Under the pieces are notes generated by a model. That model was not told the DNA's origin. It was given only the letters and a program-made list of their open reading frames with translations, and searched no databases. From Dimorphilus gyrociliatus (lineage: Eukaryota > Animalia > Annelida), in the NCBI GenBank assembly GCA_904063045.1, contig CAJFCJ010000028.1:310001-374000 (forward strand): a stretch of 64,000 nt of DNA, given 5' to 3'. The position numbers and the translations under genes are program-made. Within the stretch, counting starts at the first letter, position 1. Every line of letters begins with the position of its first letter. Shown one piece after another: positions 40,410-54,063 of this stretch.

Positions 40410-41846
40410 TCATCTCTGATGCTCGCCTGTCTCTGAATCCTGTTTTAATTCGCATAACAATTTAATATCTGAAACAGAAATGATGAATTTTAATATTATT
40501 TTTTTTCAATGAAAGAGATAGAAAATATTTTTAAAAATTGTGTTTCTTACTTGTCACAACGGATTCTAAAGCTTGAGCTACCATTGATTGAGGAGCACTT
40601 TCGAATAACGACTGTCCTTGATCGGCACTCTTTGCTAATTCTGGATCGAGTGGAATTCTACCTAGAAACTTAACATTAACTTCCTCAGCTAATCGTTGAC
40701 CTCCACCGTTTGTTGGTGGAAATATTTCGTTAGCTTTCTGAAAAGAAATTTTAAATCAATATAATGAAAATGTAAGAAAAATAGTCATATTTACATTGCA
40801 TCGAGGGCAAACAAACGAACTCATATTTTCTACAATACCCAAAATTGGAACATTCAACTTTTGACAAAAGTTTATTTCCTTTCGAACGTCCAAAATAGCA
40901 ACATCTTGTGGAGTCGTTACGACAACAGCACCAGTTACACCAGCCTCTTTCATGTAAGAAACTACAGATAAATGTTCATCGCTTGTTCCTGGGGGAGTGT
41001 CAATTAACAAATAGTCGAGTTCTCCCCAATCAACATCTCTTAAAAATTGTTTTATAAGCGTGTTCTTCTTTGGTCCTCTCCATATAACTGCCTCGTCAGG
41101 AGAGTTCAATAGAAATCCTACAGATATTATTCCTAAGTTTTCTTCTACATACTGCAATAAATAAGGGCATTAAATAATATATCGCAAAAGATATAAACTT
41201 CGAAACTTACAACGGGAGACCATCCGGAGCCACTTTGATGCACTTGTTCTCCTTGACAACCTAAAATAACAGGCATAGAAGGACCACAAATATCAATGTC
41301 CAAAACTCCAACCTACGTAATTAAATATTATCTTTCAATAATTGAATTACGTAATCTAATATTTTGAAATATTACTTGAATATTTTCATTTCTTGCAAAT
41401 GCTCTGGCCAAATTAGCAGTAAATGTACTTTTGCCAACTCCACCCTTACCCGACAATATTAATATCTTGTTTTTTACATTCTTTAACACTTCTCTAATTT
41501 CCTGGATTGCTATTGAATTATTAAAAATAAGTAGTTCAAACAAAAAAAACACTGTGGAATTGAATTACCAGGATCTTCTGGTGGTGGACCGGCTGCGCAT
41601 ATTTTTTGGTTTGGACAACCTGCACATGCAGAAGCTGTTCCGGCCTGATCACTTTCCGTTCCAGGACAATCTGAAATTGATAGAATTTCTTAAGGACTTC
41701 TGCAATCATGCTGCCTAAAATCCTCTAAGATCGCTCTTAAATTACTTAACTACCTTAAAGAGAACGATTCAAATATACGAATAAAGATTTCAAATAAACT
41801 AAGTAAATTACGAACGATCAGGTGCATTTTCAGGAATATCTCCCAT
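40410..41846 (-). CDS. NUBP1: Cytosolic Fe-S cluster assembly factor NUBP1 (Nbp35)
   Basis: N-terminal CX13CX2CX5C ([25 protein letters not shown]), deviant P-loop [38 protein letters not shown]. Confidence 0.95.
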
Positions 41847-42139
41847 TACAAAAAATTTCCCTTTTATCAGTAAATAAAGATGACAGTACTGAATTTTCAA
41901 AATGAAAAAGACTTCAAAGTATTATTAACTAGTGCTATCCAAAAATATAAATAACAGCGACTGGGATTGGCTAACGATACAAGGCTGGTGATTGGTTTAC
42001 GAAAACTAATAAATTGCTTTCGCGCCAAGTGTTCTTCCTCACTTCTTTCAAAGCTACCAGATAGCAAGAACAGTTGAACAATATCTATTCAACGTGAAAG
42101 CTATAGTTTAGCGACTAAAATTCAACATACAAAGATATA

Positions 42140-44036
42140 ATGGCATCAAATGGAAAAACTTCATATTCACTTTGCGAAGATATTCGTACTAATGACCCGG
42201 AAATGTATGAAATCATCGTGAAGGAGAAAGAAAGACAAAGAAGAGGCCTGGAATTAATTGCATCAGAGAATTTCGCAAGTAGAGCTTCTCTTCAAGCTCT
42301 GGGAAGTTGTTTAAATAATAAGTACTCTGAAGGTCAACCAGGCCAGAGGTAAAGCTATTGTATTAATTGTTTAAAGCGTTTTGAATAAAATCGCGTGCGT
42401 TGTCTCATATTCAGGTTTTAAATTTAACTTTAGGTTTGGTATCAATTAAGAGTGACCTTTTTGGATTCTTTAGGTTGAAATTGCACTAGTTTTCGATGAT
42501 ATTTTAATCGAGTAAAAAATTTTAAGAGTTCTTTATATTCGCTTTTTTTTTTAACTGAAGTTCTTTTGAGCTATATAACGGGAAAAAATATTTTACTACC
42601 AAACTACGCTAACTGCTAGCACCGGCGTTTCTTTCTGTTTCTTTAAGTTATCAGATAATTATCATTAATGTTATCTAAGATTGCATTTAGTAATTACCGA
42701 TAGATGGCGTTGGTATTAGTAAATAATTTGTTTCGTTTTTAAATTTACAGATATTATGGCGGTAATGAACATATTGATGATATGGAAAGATTAACCCAAA
42801 AAAGAGCTTTAAAAGCGTTCAATCTTGATGCTAGTGAATGGGGTGTCAACGTTCAACCACTTTCCGGAAGTCCTGCCAATTTTGCTGTTTACACTGCCTT
42901 AGTTGAACCCCATGGCCGTATTATGGGTCTTGATCTCCCCGATGGCGGTCACTTGACTCATGGTTTCTATACCCCCACAAAAAAGATTTCGGCTACATCC
43001 ATCTTTTTCGAATCTATGCCATATCGTCTTGATCAAAACACCGGTTTGATCGATTATGACAAGCTGCAAGAAAATGCAAAACTATTTAAACCAAGAATGA
43101 TAATTGCTGGAATTAGCTGTTATTCTAGAAATTTAGATTATAAGAGGTTTAGAGAAATAGCAGATGAAAATAATTCCTTATTGATGGCAGATATGGCTCA
43201 TATATCTGGTCTAGTTGCTGCTGGAGTTGTTCCATCTCCTTTCGAATATTGTGATATTGTTACAACAACAACTCACAAAACTTTGAGAGGACCACGATCT
43301 GGCATGATCTTCTACAGACGAGGTGTAAGAAAGATCTCAAAATCAGGAGAAAAGATTATGTGGGATATCGAAAAGAAAATTAATGAAGCCGTTTTCCCAG
43401 GACTTCAAGGTGGTCCCCACAATCATGCCATTGCTGGAGTAGGTATTGCTCTAAAGCAAGCCGATACTGATGACTTTAAAAAATATTCCAAACAAGTTGT
43501 TCTCAATTGCCAGAGAATGTGCAAGAAACTTATGGAATTGGGCTATACAATTGTATCCGGAGGCTCTGACAATCATTTGTGCCTTGTTGATTTAAGACCT
43601 AATGGCGTTGATGGCGCTAGAGCCGAAAAAGTTTTGGAAGATGTGTCTATAGCCGTTAACAAGAACACTTGTCCAGGCGATAAGAGCGCCTTAAAGCCTA
43701 GTGGGCTTAGACTTGGAACTGCTGCTCTAACCTCTAGAAATTTGACCGAGGCGGACTTTGAAAAAGTTGTTGAATTTTTCGATAGAGGTATTGAAATATT
43801 TTAACTATTTAATCTATAAAAATTATCTTGCGAAGTAAAATTTTCTAATTATCTATATAACACTTATCACAGCTGTTAAGATCGCTATTGAAGCAAATAA
43901 GGAAAGTGAACCGACGCTAAAATCATTTAAAGAGATCATTGCTACTGAGAAATATACTAAACAGATTTCAAGTCTAAAGGAAGCTGTTGAATCGTTTGCT
44001 CTAAAATTTCCAATACCAGGACACGATGACATGTAA
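42140..44036 (+). CDS. SHMT1: Serine hydroxymethyltransferase, cytosolic type; 3 exons
   Basis: [20 protein letters not shown]|[18 protein letters not shown]-lysine motif [23 protein letters not shown]. No mitochondrial presequence. Confidence 0.96.
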
Positions 44037-44669
44037 ATGCAAAAAATTTATATAATGTGTTTTGTATCACTCGCTCTCTCTCTCTCTGTGTAATAAACGT
44101 TATCGGACGTTAAAAGTGAATATCAGGCGAAAATGTAGAACACATAAACAACAGATAAGATTTTCTTATTTCTAATTTTTTTCGCCAGCTAAATAACATA
44201 CTGTTGCATGTAAACAACTTTATTAAGCTTTAATAACAATGTAGGTAAAATCAACTTAGGTTTATAAGGTATATATATATACATTTTTATACATATATAA
44301 CACATAATACTAAGTTATTAAATAGTAAAAATAAATCAACAAATCCTTGCAGATATAACCTTGACAAAGATAGCAATAATTTTTCATTTCTTTTTTTTGC
44401 ATAATTAAACCAGCAGAAAGAAAAAGAACACTGACTTAACTCGTTTCATCCGCAGATATGCATATAAAAGTTTATCAAGTGGTAAATTTGGAGCTTTTTA
44501 AAAAAGTCTTTTAATTATATGTAGAAAAAAAAATACTCAATTAGATCTATAAGCGACAATATTTTGCAAGAACTAATCGAACTGTGTCACCATAAAGAGA
44601 GCTAAACTAACTGATAATAGATTTCCAAATAAAGCTGACTTTTCAGTCATAAAAGGTATCAGTTTATAA

Positions 44670-45323
44670 TTAAAATAAATTCTGTAATCGTCCCTTAATA
44701 ATAGGTGGAAGAGGTAGTTTGTCAACGTCACCAGATGAACTTATGTTTCTTAATAAAACTAGGATACACATATCTTGAAGATTGCCATACATATAAGATC
44801 GTTGTACAACTTCAACAACAGTACCAGCAGCTGTACTGCAAACGGCTGGATAGAGTGTTTTCGCCTTCCAAAGTTGTTTATAGCCTCCGTTCAACAGCTC
44901 TCCATCCTTATAGAAAGATAATTTTCCGGTATAAACGTTTAATTCGACACCAATAGTTGTGTTTTCGGAATAAAATGGTTGACAACAGGAAATTTTTCTT
45001 TTATTGTGATGGAGAGTGCCTTTATAATTTAAACCCCAGGCCTGATCATCAGTTCCGCCGAGGAGATTTTTGACTTCAGGTGAGTATGTAGGAGAGTTCT
45101 CACTACAAACACCAACAACTACCCAAGCACCACAGGGAGGTTCGTGAAATAATATCTCCCAATAGTGAATACCATCAAGAAGTGGGCGATCACTGCGAAC
45201 AACAGATGTCCCCTTAGCACCATCGACGAAATCATTATTTATATAAGCAATAAGTTTAGAGGGAGATAATTTGACTTTTTCAGATCCAGATTTCCAACTC
45301 CAATTCGCTTGAATTTGGGCCAT
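44670..45323 (-). CDS. SPSB3: SPRY domain and SOCS box protein, SPSB3-like
   Basis: HYWEI, WGLNYKGTLHH, IGVELN...GKLSFYK, LYPAVCSTAA and SOCS box LQDMC...LPLPPIIKGRL. Uninterrupted CDS preceded by a 73-nt 5'UTR intron (45396-45324). Confidence 0.85.
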   Translation of the reverse strand: MAQIQANWSWKSGSEKVKLSPSKLIAYINNDFVDGAKGTSVVRSDRPLLDGIHYWEILFHEPPCGAWVVVGVCSENSPTYSPEVKNLLGGTDDQAWGLNYKGTLHHNKRKISCCQPFYSENTTIGVELNVYTGKLSFYKDGELLNGGYKQLWKAKTLYPAVCSTAAGTVVEVVQRSYMYGNLQDMCILVLLRNISSSGDVDKLPLPPIIKGRLQNLF

Positions 45324-45647
45324 CTGTCAGAATTTTAGAAAATTTTGAAATTTTTACGAAAAGAAACCAAAAGAATCATATTCGTAAATGGCTTACGCAA
45401 TATTACATATCCTATTTCTCAGTTGAATTTTTTCAATTGTAAATTTTACTTTTAAATTTTTATTATTTTTATTAAAAGAAAAAGCTTTCATCATCAAAAT
45501 TGCTGGACTATTGCCCTGACCTACCACAAATAGAATAGTCACGTGAGAGGGTTCACAACCGATTGCTCATTGGCTAGAAAACATGCTCTTGACATGTGAT
45601 AATTGTCTAATTTGGGCCCAAATGTTATAATTCAGTAAATATATCAA

Positions 45648-45671
45648 ATATATATATATATATATATATAT
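45648..45671. repeat. (AT)12 microsatellite
   Basis: Read directly; similar (AT)n runs occur at ~585-600, ~1920-1955 and ~5792-5817. Confidence 0.9.
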
Positions 45672-46350
45672 GCTTTCACTTATCAGATTATAGGTATATA
45701 TATATAATTGAATATTATTACGGAGTGTTACAAGCACAATCTTTGATATTTTGAGTAAATAGATTACAAATATTATTCATTGTCTTACTTACCCAAGTAG
45801 ATGAATATTCGTTGTTTAAACTTGCCAATATATCGACGTTCTTCACTATTCAGGACCTTGAGTGAAACTGATGTCCTTGTCTTATATACTTCGTTTCAGT
45901 TTATACCAGTTTGATCTGGATTTATTTTCTAATTTTTTGTTATGAGACAATAAATTTTACCCCCTGTTGAATATATTATTGCTGTTTAACTCTTAATTCA
46001 TTATGTTCTGATAATAAAGTTTCTTATCTTCCGAATAATAAACGCAATAATTTTAAAAAGTAAGTTCTCAATTTTTTCGAACAATTCACATTTTATAACA
46101 GCTCTATTCTGCTATATTATAACTGCGGCGGGGAGGCAAGTCGCTAAATTTAATGGCAGATGCCTATAGGTTGGTATTGGCCACACCTTTGTAATTATTT
46201 ATGTTCTTGTCTTATAATGATAACACTTTTGTCTTGAAAGGCGTAGTATTCTATTTATAGAAATTGCGTTGAATTCAAGGATAATTATATAAAAAGTATA
46301 TCTTTATTCAAAAATAAGAAACGATTAAATGATTTCCGTTGTTTAAGTCA

Positions 46351-48458
<2,108 letters not shown>

Positions 48459-48670
48459 GATTTTAATTACAAATTTTTATCGAATAATGGTGGAAAAAAC
48501 CGTAAATTTCAACCAAAGGTCCCGGAATAAGAAATATCGAGCTGGAATGAGCTGCACGAAATAGGAAATTTCGGAAAATAAACTGGCTCCTAGTACGGTA
48601 ATTCCGCATTGTATTCTATCTGTGGAAATTAGTTGAAGTCGACACTCGTCGACAATTTAAACAATCAGTT

Positions 48671-50336
48671 ATGGTAAGTGATATTATCTTGGAATATTTA
48701 TGATAGGTATTAAATGCTGAACTCGACCTTCGTTGTGAAATGTTGTTTATTATACAAAACATCATGTAATTGATACTTGTTGACATATTATCGCTCTTTG
48801 CAGTCTCAACATTTTCTGGATAATCTTCCAACGTTCAACCCAGAGAACTTCTCTAAATTCCAACCATCATCTCGAATAGTATGTATTTGTTATTTCGCGC
48901 AAAACTTGAAAATAATAAACGTATATTTCAGGAAAGGAAAAAAGGTAGCATCATAGTAGCAAAAGATAACCCTAATGCGAAATGTAAGTATAACTATAGA
49001 CTCGCAACATATAAAATAATATGAAAATTAGGAAGACAAATTAAGTTTCTGATATTTGATATTTAGGAAAAGCAGTATTAAAAAGTAACATTAATTGATA
49101 TTAGTGAGAGTGATGTAAGAGTTTTTATATGATTCTATTTATATTATAGTGATTTAATGTTAAACCAAAAAAAAAATTAATGCCTAATCAACCGAAATAA
49201 TTAAATTCGGAAAACAGATCAATCTTGTCCCACTTCCAATGAATACTGACAAAGCATTATTTTCTGTTGAAGATGCTACAATTCGGCTGATTGATGTAGC
49301 AAATATTTAACTTTATAAAGGCACTAATATAAATCTGGTTATTTATATTAGATGGTGATTTCTGTTTTGCTATAACGATGAACTAGATTCGGCTTATTCA
49401 GAGCAAATATTCTCCTATGTAATATTACGTCATCTTGAGCGTCGTTATACAAATGTGAAAGTTGTGGCTTAAGCACCTGCTCGGTTTTGGGAAAGCCATA
49501 TGTTTTTTTTTTATTATCATTTTTAGTAATAAAGTTAAAAAAAAGTTTAAGAAAGATAGAACACAACTAAAACAAGCTATTATTTATATCTATTGGTGTT
49601 CTTTATATTAAACCTCTCTTTCTGTTTCTTTTGTCTATCCCTGATTAGGATTATACTCAATTGTGTAAATAGATAGGGGAAAAAGAGCTCTTTAGCGATA
49701 AGAGCTAATTATAATTTCGTTATTGAATTTTAAAATCTGTTTTTTCTAATATGTTATCTGAATTCCTTTGTCAAGCGATAAACGTTTCCAGAATTTTGTG
49801 GGGATAGAGTTACAGTCTCATTTAAATATTAGAAGAAAATACCCGCTGAAGGTCTTAGTGTAAAATATTACGTAATTATCCATTACATTTATTCATAAAA
49901 CATTTAAACATAAGTTATATTATGTAATAAATGAAAGTTGCTGATAAAAATCTTTTAACAGTATGCACGTAGGTCAGATCGTTGAAGAGTGTAGAGATAT
50001 GATAATTAGTAGAACGTTATAATTGTATTTGAGATATTTTTTACGTTGTATTATATATAATACCAATTGAAAAAGGATTAATAATGTTATTTTTGATCTT
50101 TTATGTTCTTCAACACAGTAATTAGAAACGAAAAATGCAACCTTCTGCTGCGCTACTTTCAAAAACGTATTGAAAAACGGGGACAAAAAAGAGGTAGCGA
50201 ATTTGCTCGCATGGGGAATGCAGATATTAAAAAGAAATCTTCAAAAATGGATTTCGATTCAAGTCATGAAAGAGCCGATAGTGAAACTGTACAGAACGAG
50301 ATTTCTACGGAACCAAATTCAAATGAAATGCTTTAA
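48671..50336 (+). CDS. DDA1: DET1- and DDB1-associated protein 1 (~115 aa; 4 exons)
   Basis: Exons 48671-48673 (ATG|gtaagt), 48804-48878 (SQHFLDNLPTFNPENFSKFQPSSRI), 48932-48983 (ERKKGSIIVAKDNPNAK) and 50119-50336 (LIRNEKCNLLLRYF...). Phases 0,0,1 are consistent. Matches the DDA1 hallmarks FL..LP.(Y/F)N..NFS.F and I..EK.N.LLRY. Confidence 0.9.
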
Positions 50337-52913
50337 AGCAAGGCATTATTTATAATTATACATTATATTATCATTTCTTTCTATCAAATATTGTTTCTTT
50401 CTTTTTTTTTTTGTTTTTTTTTTTCCATATTACGACTTTACAAGTAACGATCTGTTCTAATACTAAAAAAGAAGCCAACAAATGAGTAATGCATGGTAGA
50501 TGTATGTCTTTATACCGTATGTATCTAAAAAAAAATTATATATATACAGTATAAATAATTACATGTGTTTAAGTTCAAATTGATAAATAGAATCTATATG
50601 ATTTATGAAAAGCCTAAAGAAAAAAAAAGAAGAAATGTGCTAAAAAATATAATTATATTTGTTTTTATTTGAGATAAAAAGAAACTTACAATATCCTACG
50701 TCATTTTTAAAGCAGTTTGAATATATTTGTAAATATGTAGTGTATAAACGTTTAATATAATAAGTTTTTTTTTTAGCAATAACACAAAAAAGAAAAAAAA
50801 TTAAGTTTTCTTTTCAAATATGAAAATATAAATATATACAGATTTCTCTTTCTTCTTTAACAATAACAATAATACATTGTTTTCTAAAAAAAAAAGATTA
50901 TGTTAAATATTTGTTAACATCTATAAAATATACAAAGCAGAAATCATATTGAAGAAAGGAGTAGGAAAGTTTCCTTTTTCCATTATGTGCATATAGGGTG
51001 GGTGAAGGGATTCAGGAGAAAAGGCACACCTAGACGACGCGTACCATTTAATCTCTTTTGTACATTAGAATGAAAAGTTGTGCATATATGGTATAGGCTG
51101 GCTATTGTCCAATACAAATACCTTTTTACCTATTTTCTATACATTTACGATGCTTTATATCCAAAATATAGTTGTTTTTAATATTCTGACTAGATGATAA
51201 TTAGTTTAACTAATTAAATGAGAATTTATTCAATGGCATAAATTAAATTCACTATGTTATAAAAGGGCTGATACCTCTTCAAACTATACAAAGAAAAAAA
51301 TCAATGATAACATTATAAAGGCGTAACAGTGAACAATCAGGAGGAACTGATCGAGTAATTTCTTTAATTACTTGTTAATTATGAAATTACGTTAGTCTAT
51401 AAATTCATACTAAATTTTTTGTCACAGCTCAATGGAAAACACTTACAGTTTCCTGTCCGTTTATTTCCTTTTGTTTTGAAAAGAATAAAAAGAAAACTCT
51501 CCCTCTTGCACTGTATTCTTTCTTCTCCGCCATACCCTAGTTTTCCCTTTACTTCCCTTTCTCTGCGCGTCTACACATCTCTCTATCTTTCTGTATACAT
51601 TGTATTTTATTTAATGATATTAAAAAAATGAGTTTGATAATTTGTATTGCATACATAACATATTCATTAGTAGTCATATTTTGGTCTTTGAACATGCAAA
51701 GCAGTATGTTTTGGTAAAGTATTATTTTCATATTAACTTTCTATGCAATCCAAATTAGCTACTCATTTCACTATGAAATTTATTGTGAAGAAAATTGGTC
51801 GAGTGATTTTCGTAGCATAAGAAAGATTAAATGAAATGATATATTCAGACGAAAGGGGACAGTGAAACAATGGCAAAGAGAGAAAGTGAATTATAAAAAA
51901 GACCAAGATAGCAAACGCTATATATATATATATAAAGAATTTATAAAAGGCATTCTAAAATCTTATCATATTAAAAAGTAATGAATGTCAAGGTTGATAC
52001 TGAGGTCATTAAAAAACTAGAAATCACCATGCAAGAAACCTCCAAATAAAGTCTTTAAAAAATCAATCAGAGAACGATGGAGATTTAGATAAAAAAGAAG
52101 CTTAATAATCGTTAAAATTCTATAACATATACTGTATATGTATGTTGTATTGCATATACATATATCTACACAAGTATACTGTATAATATTCATGTATTCA
52201 TCGATAATATCAATTGATCACAGTGATAAATTAAAAATTACGACCAGATATTATAATTTGATTCTTTTCACGTAGAGAAAAATTCAATTTTTACTTATGT
52301 CCAAAAAAATATAAACGAAAAAATACTGTCTGATATTGGAATAGTATAGAGTATGCATAAACATCGACAGCCATACGTTTTCCTATACAATGTACGCGAG
52401 CATTTTAATATCAAATTTTACGTTGAAATCTTTTATTTTATTATAATATTTTTACATAAAATCATACCCTGTATTGTCATTTAGCTGCTTTACAAAAATT
52501 ATTAACTAATAATGCGTAATTTAAGAGAAATTAGCGTTGAAACTTTTTCATTAACACTTGTTAACAGAAAAATCTGTGTCAACTTTCCACAACCAAAATT
52601 GATATTATTCTGTTCAGACTCAAGATAATTTTTTACAACTTGGTACATTTGTTAAATACATTATTAGGAACCATTTTATAAATTTGGAAAATAATTGAAG
52701 CAAATGTTGTTGTATAATTAATGATTGTTTCCAGAAATGTAACAAGTTGATGCACGATTTTATGCTTTAGAGTTGATTTTCTCGAAATCTACTGAAAATT
52801 TTTAAATAATTTTTCGTGTATATGTCCATGGCATTGTAATCTATGTGATGTGTAAAATGTAAGCAAATGTAATTAAGCATTATAGAGTAATCTTCCATTT
52901 CCTTTAATAAAAC

Positions 52914-53016
52914 GAACACAACGTAGCACACAGATTGGCGTGAAGCGAAAAGATTACGAGAAAATTTTCGACCAATCAGCGCCAAGTATTTTACGCGCGC
53001 TTTCTGCCTATAAATA
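52914..53016 (+). promoter_or_regulatory. Histone H1 promoter (AC/H1-box-like, CCAAT, TATA)
   Basis: gAACACA near 52914-52920, inverted CCAAT 52934-52938, CCAAT 52972-52976, TATAAATA 53009-53016. Confidence 0.65.
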
Positions 53017-53077
53017 GGGCTATGGCATTCTGAGGAACATTCAGTCTTTGTTCGAAGTCCGAAGAACAGATATCACA

Positions 53078-53650
53078 ATGTCCGACTCCCCGAAAAAGGA
53101 AAAGAAGGAAAAAGCCTCCAAGGCTGCCAAACCCCGAACTACACCAACCCATCCCCCGGTTGCGTCTATGGTCAACAATGCCATCAAGAGTATGAAAGAT
53201 AGAAAAGGAACATCTCTTCCAGCTATCAAGAAATACATCGAAACAACATATAAAGTTGACATGAAGAAATTGGGTCCTTTCGTCAAGAGATACCTGAAGA
53301 AAGCTGTTGCCGATGGTAAGCTGAAGCAAACAAAAGGCAAGGGTGCTTCTGGTTCTTTCCGTCTACCTGGCAAAGATGACGAAAAGAAAACAACAACCAA
53401 AAAAGCTGTTGTAAAGAAGCCCAAAGCCGAGAAGAAGGCCGATAAACCGAAAGCCGACAAACCGAAAAAGAAGGCCACACCGAAAAAGGACGCTAAACCG
53501 AAAACCGTCAAGAAAGCAGCCCCCAAAAAGACCGCGGAAAAGAAAAAGCCTGCCGCCAAGCCTAAAAAGTCTCCTAAGAAGCCAGCAGCCAAGAAACCTG
53601 CAGCAAAGAAGCCCGCTGCCAAAAAAACCAAGAAGGCTGCTGCGAAATAG
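53078..53650 (+). CDS. H1: Linker histone H1 (intronless, ~190 aa)
   Basis: Globular domain [31 protein letters not shown]...[14 protein letters not shown] followed by a Lys/Ala/Pro tail; the ATG is at 53078. Confidence 0.97.
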   Translation: MSDSPKKEKKEKASKAAKPRTTPTHPPVASMVNNAIKSMKDRKGTSLPAIKKYIETTYKVDMKKLGPFVKRYLKKAVADGKLKQTKGKGASGSFRLPGKDDEKKTTTKKAVVKKPKAEKKADKPKADKPKKKATPKKDAKPKTVKKAAPKKTAEKKKPAAKPKKSPKKPAAKKPAAKKPAAKKTKKAAAK

Positions 53651-53691
53651 ACGAAGTCGTCAACCTAAACATTTTTCAAAATTAAGAAAAC

Positions 53692-53707
53692 GGCCCTTTT
53701 AAGGGCC
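53692..53707 (+). terminator. Replication-dependent histone 3' stem-loop
   Basis: AAAAC-GGCCCT-TTTA-AGGGCC-ACAA, 41 nt after the H1 stop; fits the SLBP consensus GGYYYU-UYUH-ARRRCC. Confidence 0.95.
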
Positions 53708-54063
53708 ACAAATCTTTTACCAAAGTGCATGAATCTCATGTAACTGTATTTTTTGTACATTGTTAACAATGTATATGTAAACAAAATGGCCGAAATCCAT
53801 GTCAAGCGCGAGAGGAGAATATGTCTGAAAAAAGTTAGAGTTATCTTAATTGAGTTAAACATTTTGTTTATCGAATAAAATTTTAGACAACTAAAAAAAA
53901 CGCTATTTTTCCCGCTCTTTCTTTGCTATGGTATTCTCAAAGGGATAAACAAAAATGTTGATATGCTAATAGTACGCCATCTGTCGATGAAATTAAATAT
54001 TGAAGAGCTTTGTGCGTGCTCCAGGGGAAGCCTACTTTGGGTTCAACGTTGGTTATTAAATCT

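Noticed and set aside
49218-49295. ATCAATC/GATTGAT terminal inverted repeat with two CTGA boxes in DDA1 intron 3 (snoRNA-like)
   Set aside because: No box C next to the 5' stem and no target recognised; an Infernal/snoscan search would be needed to revive it.
53041-53631. 196-aa antisense ORF opposite histone H1
   Set aside because: Expected artefact of AAG/AAA/GCC/CCG codon bias, which lacks reverse-strand stops.
53930-54031. Possible extra WASHC2 terminal exon (GFPWSTHKAL...)
   Set aside because: Weak splice context and a peptide unlike FAM21; the stop at 54064 is simpler.
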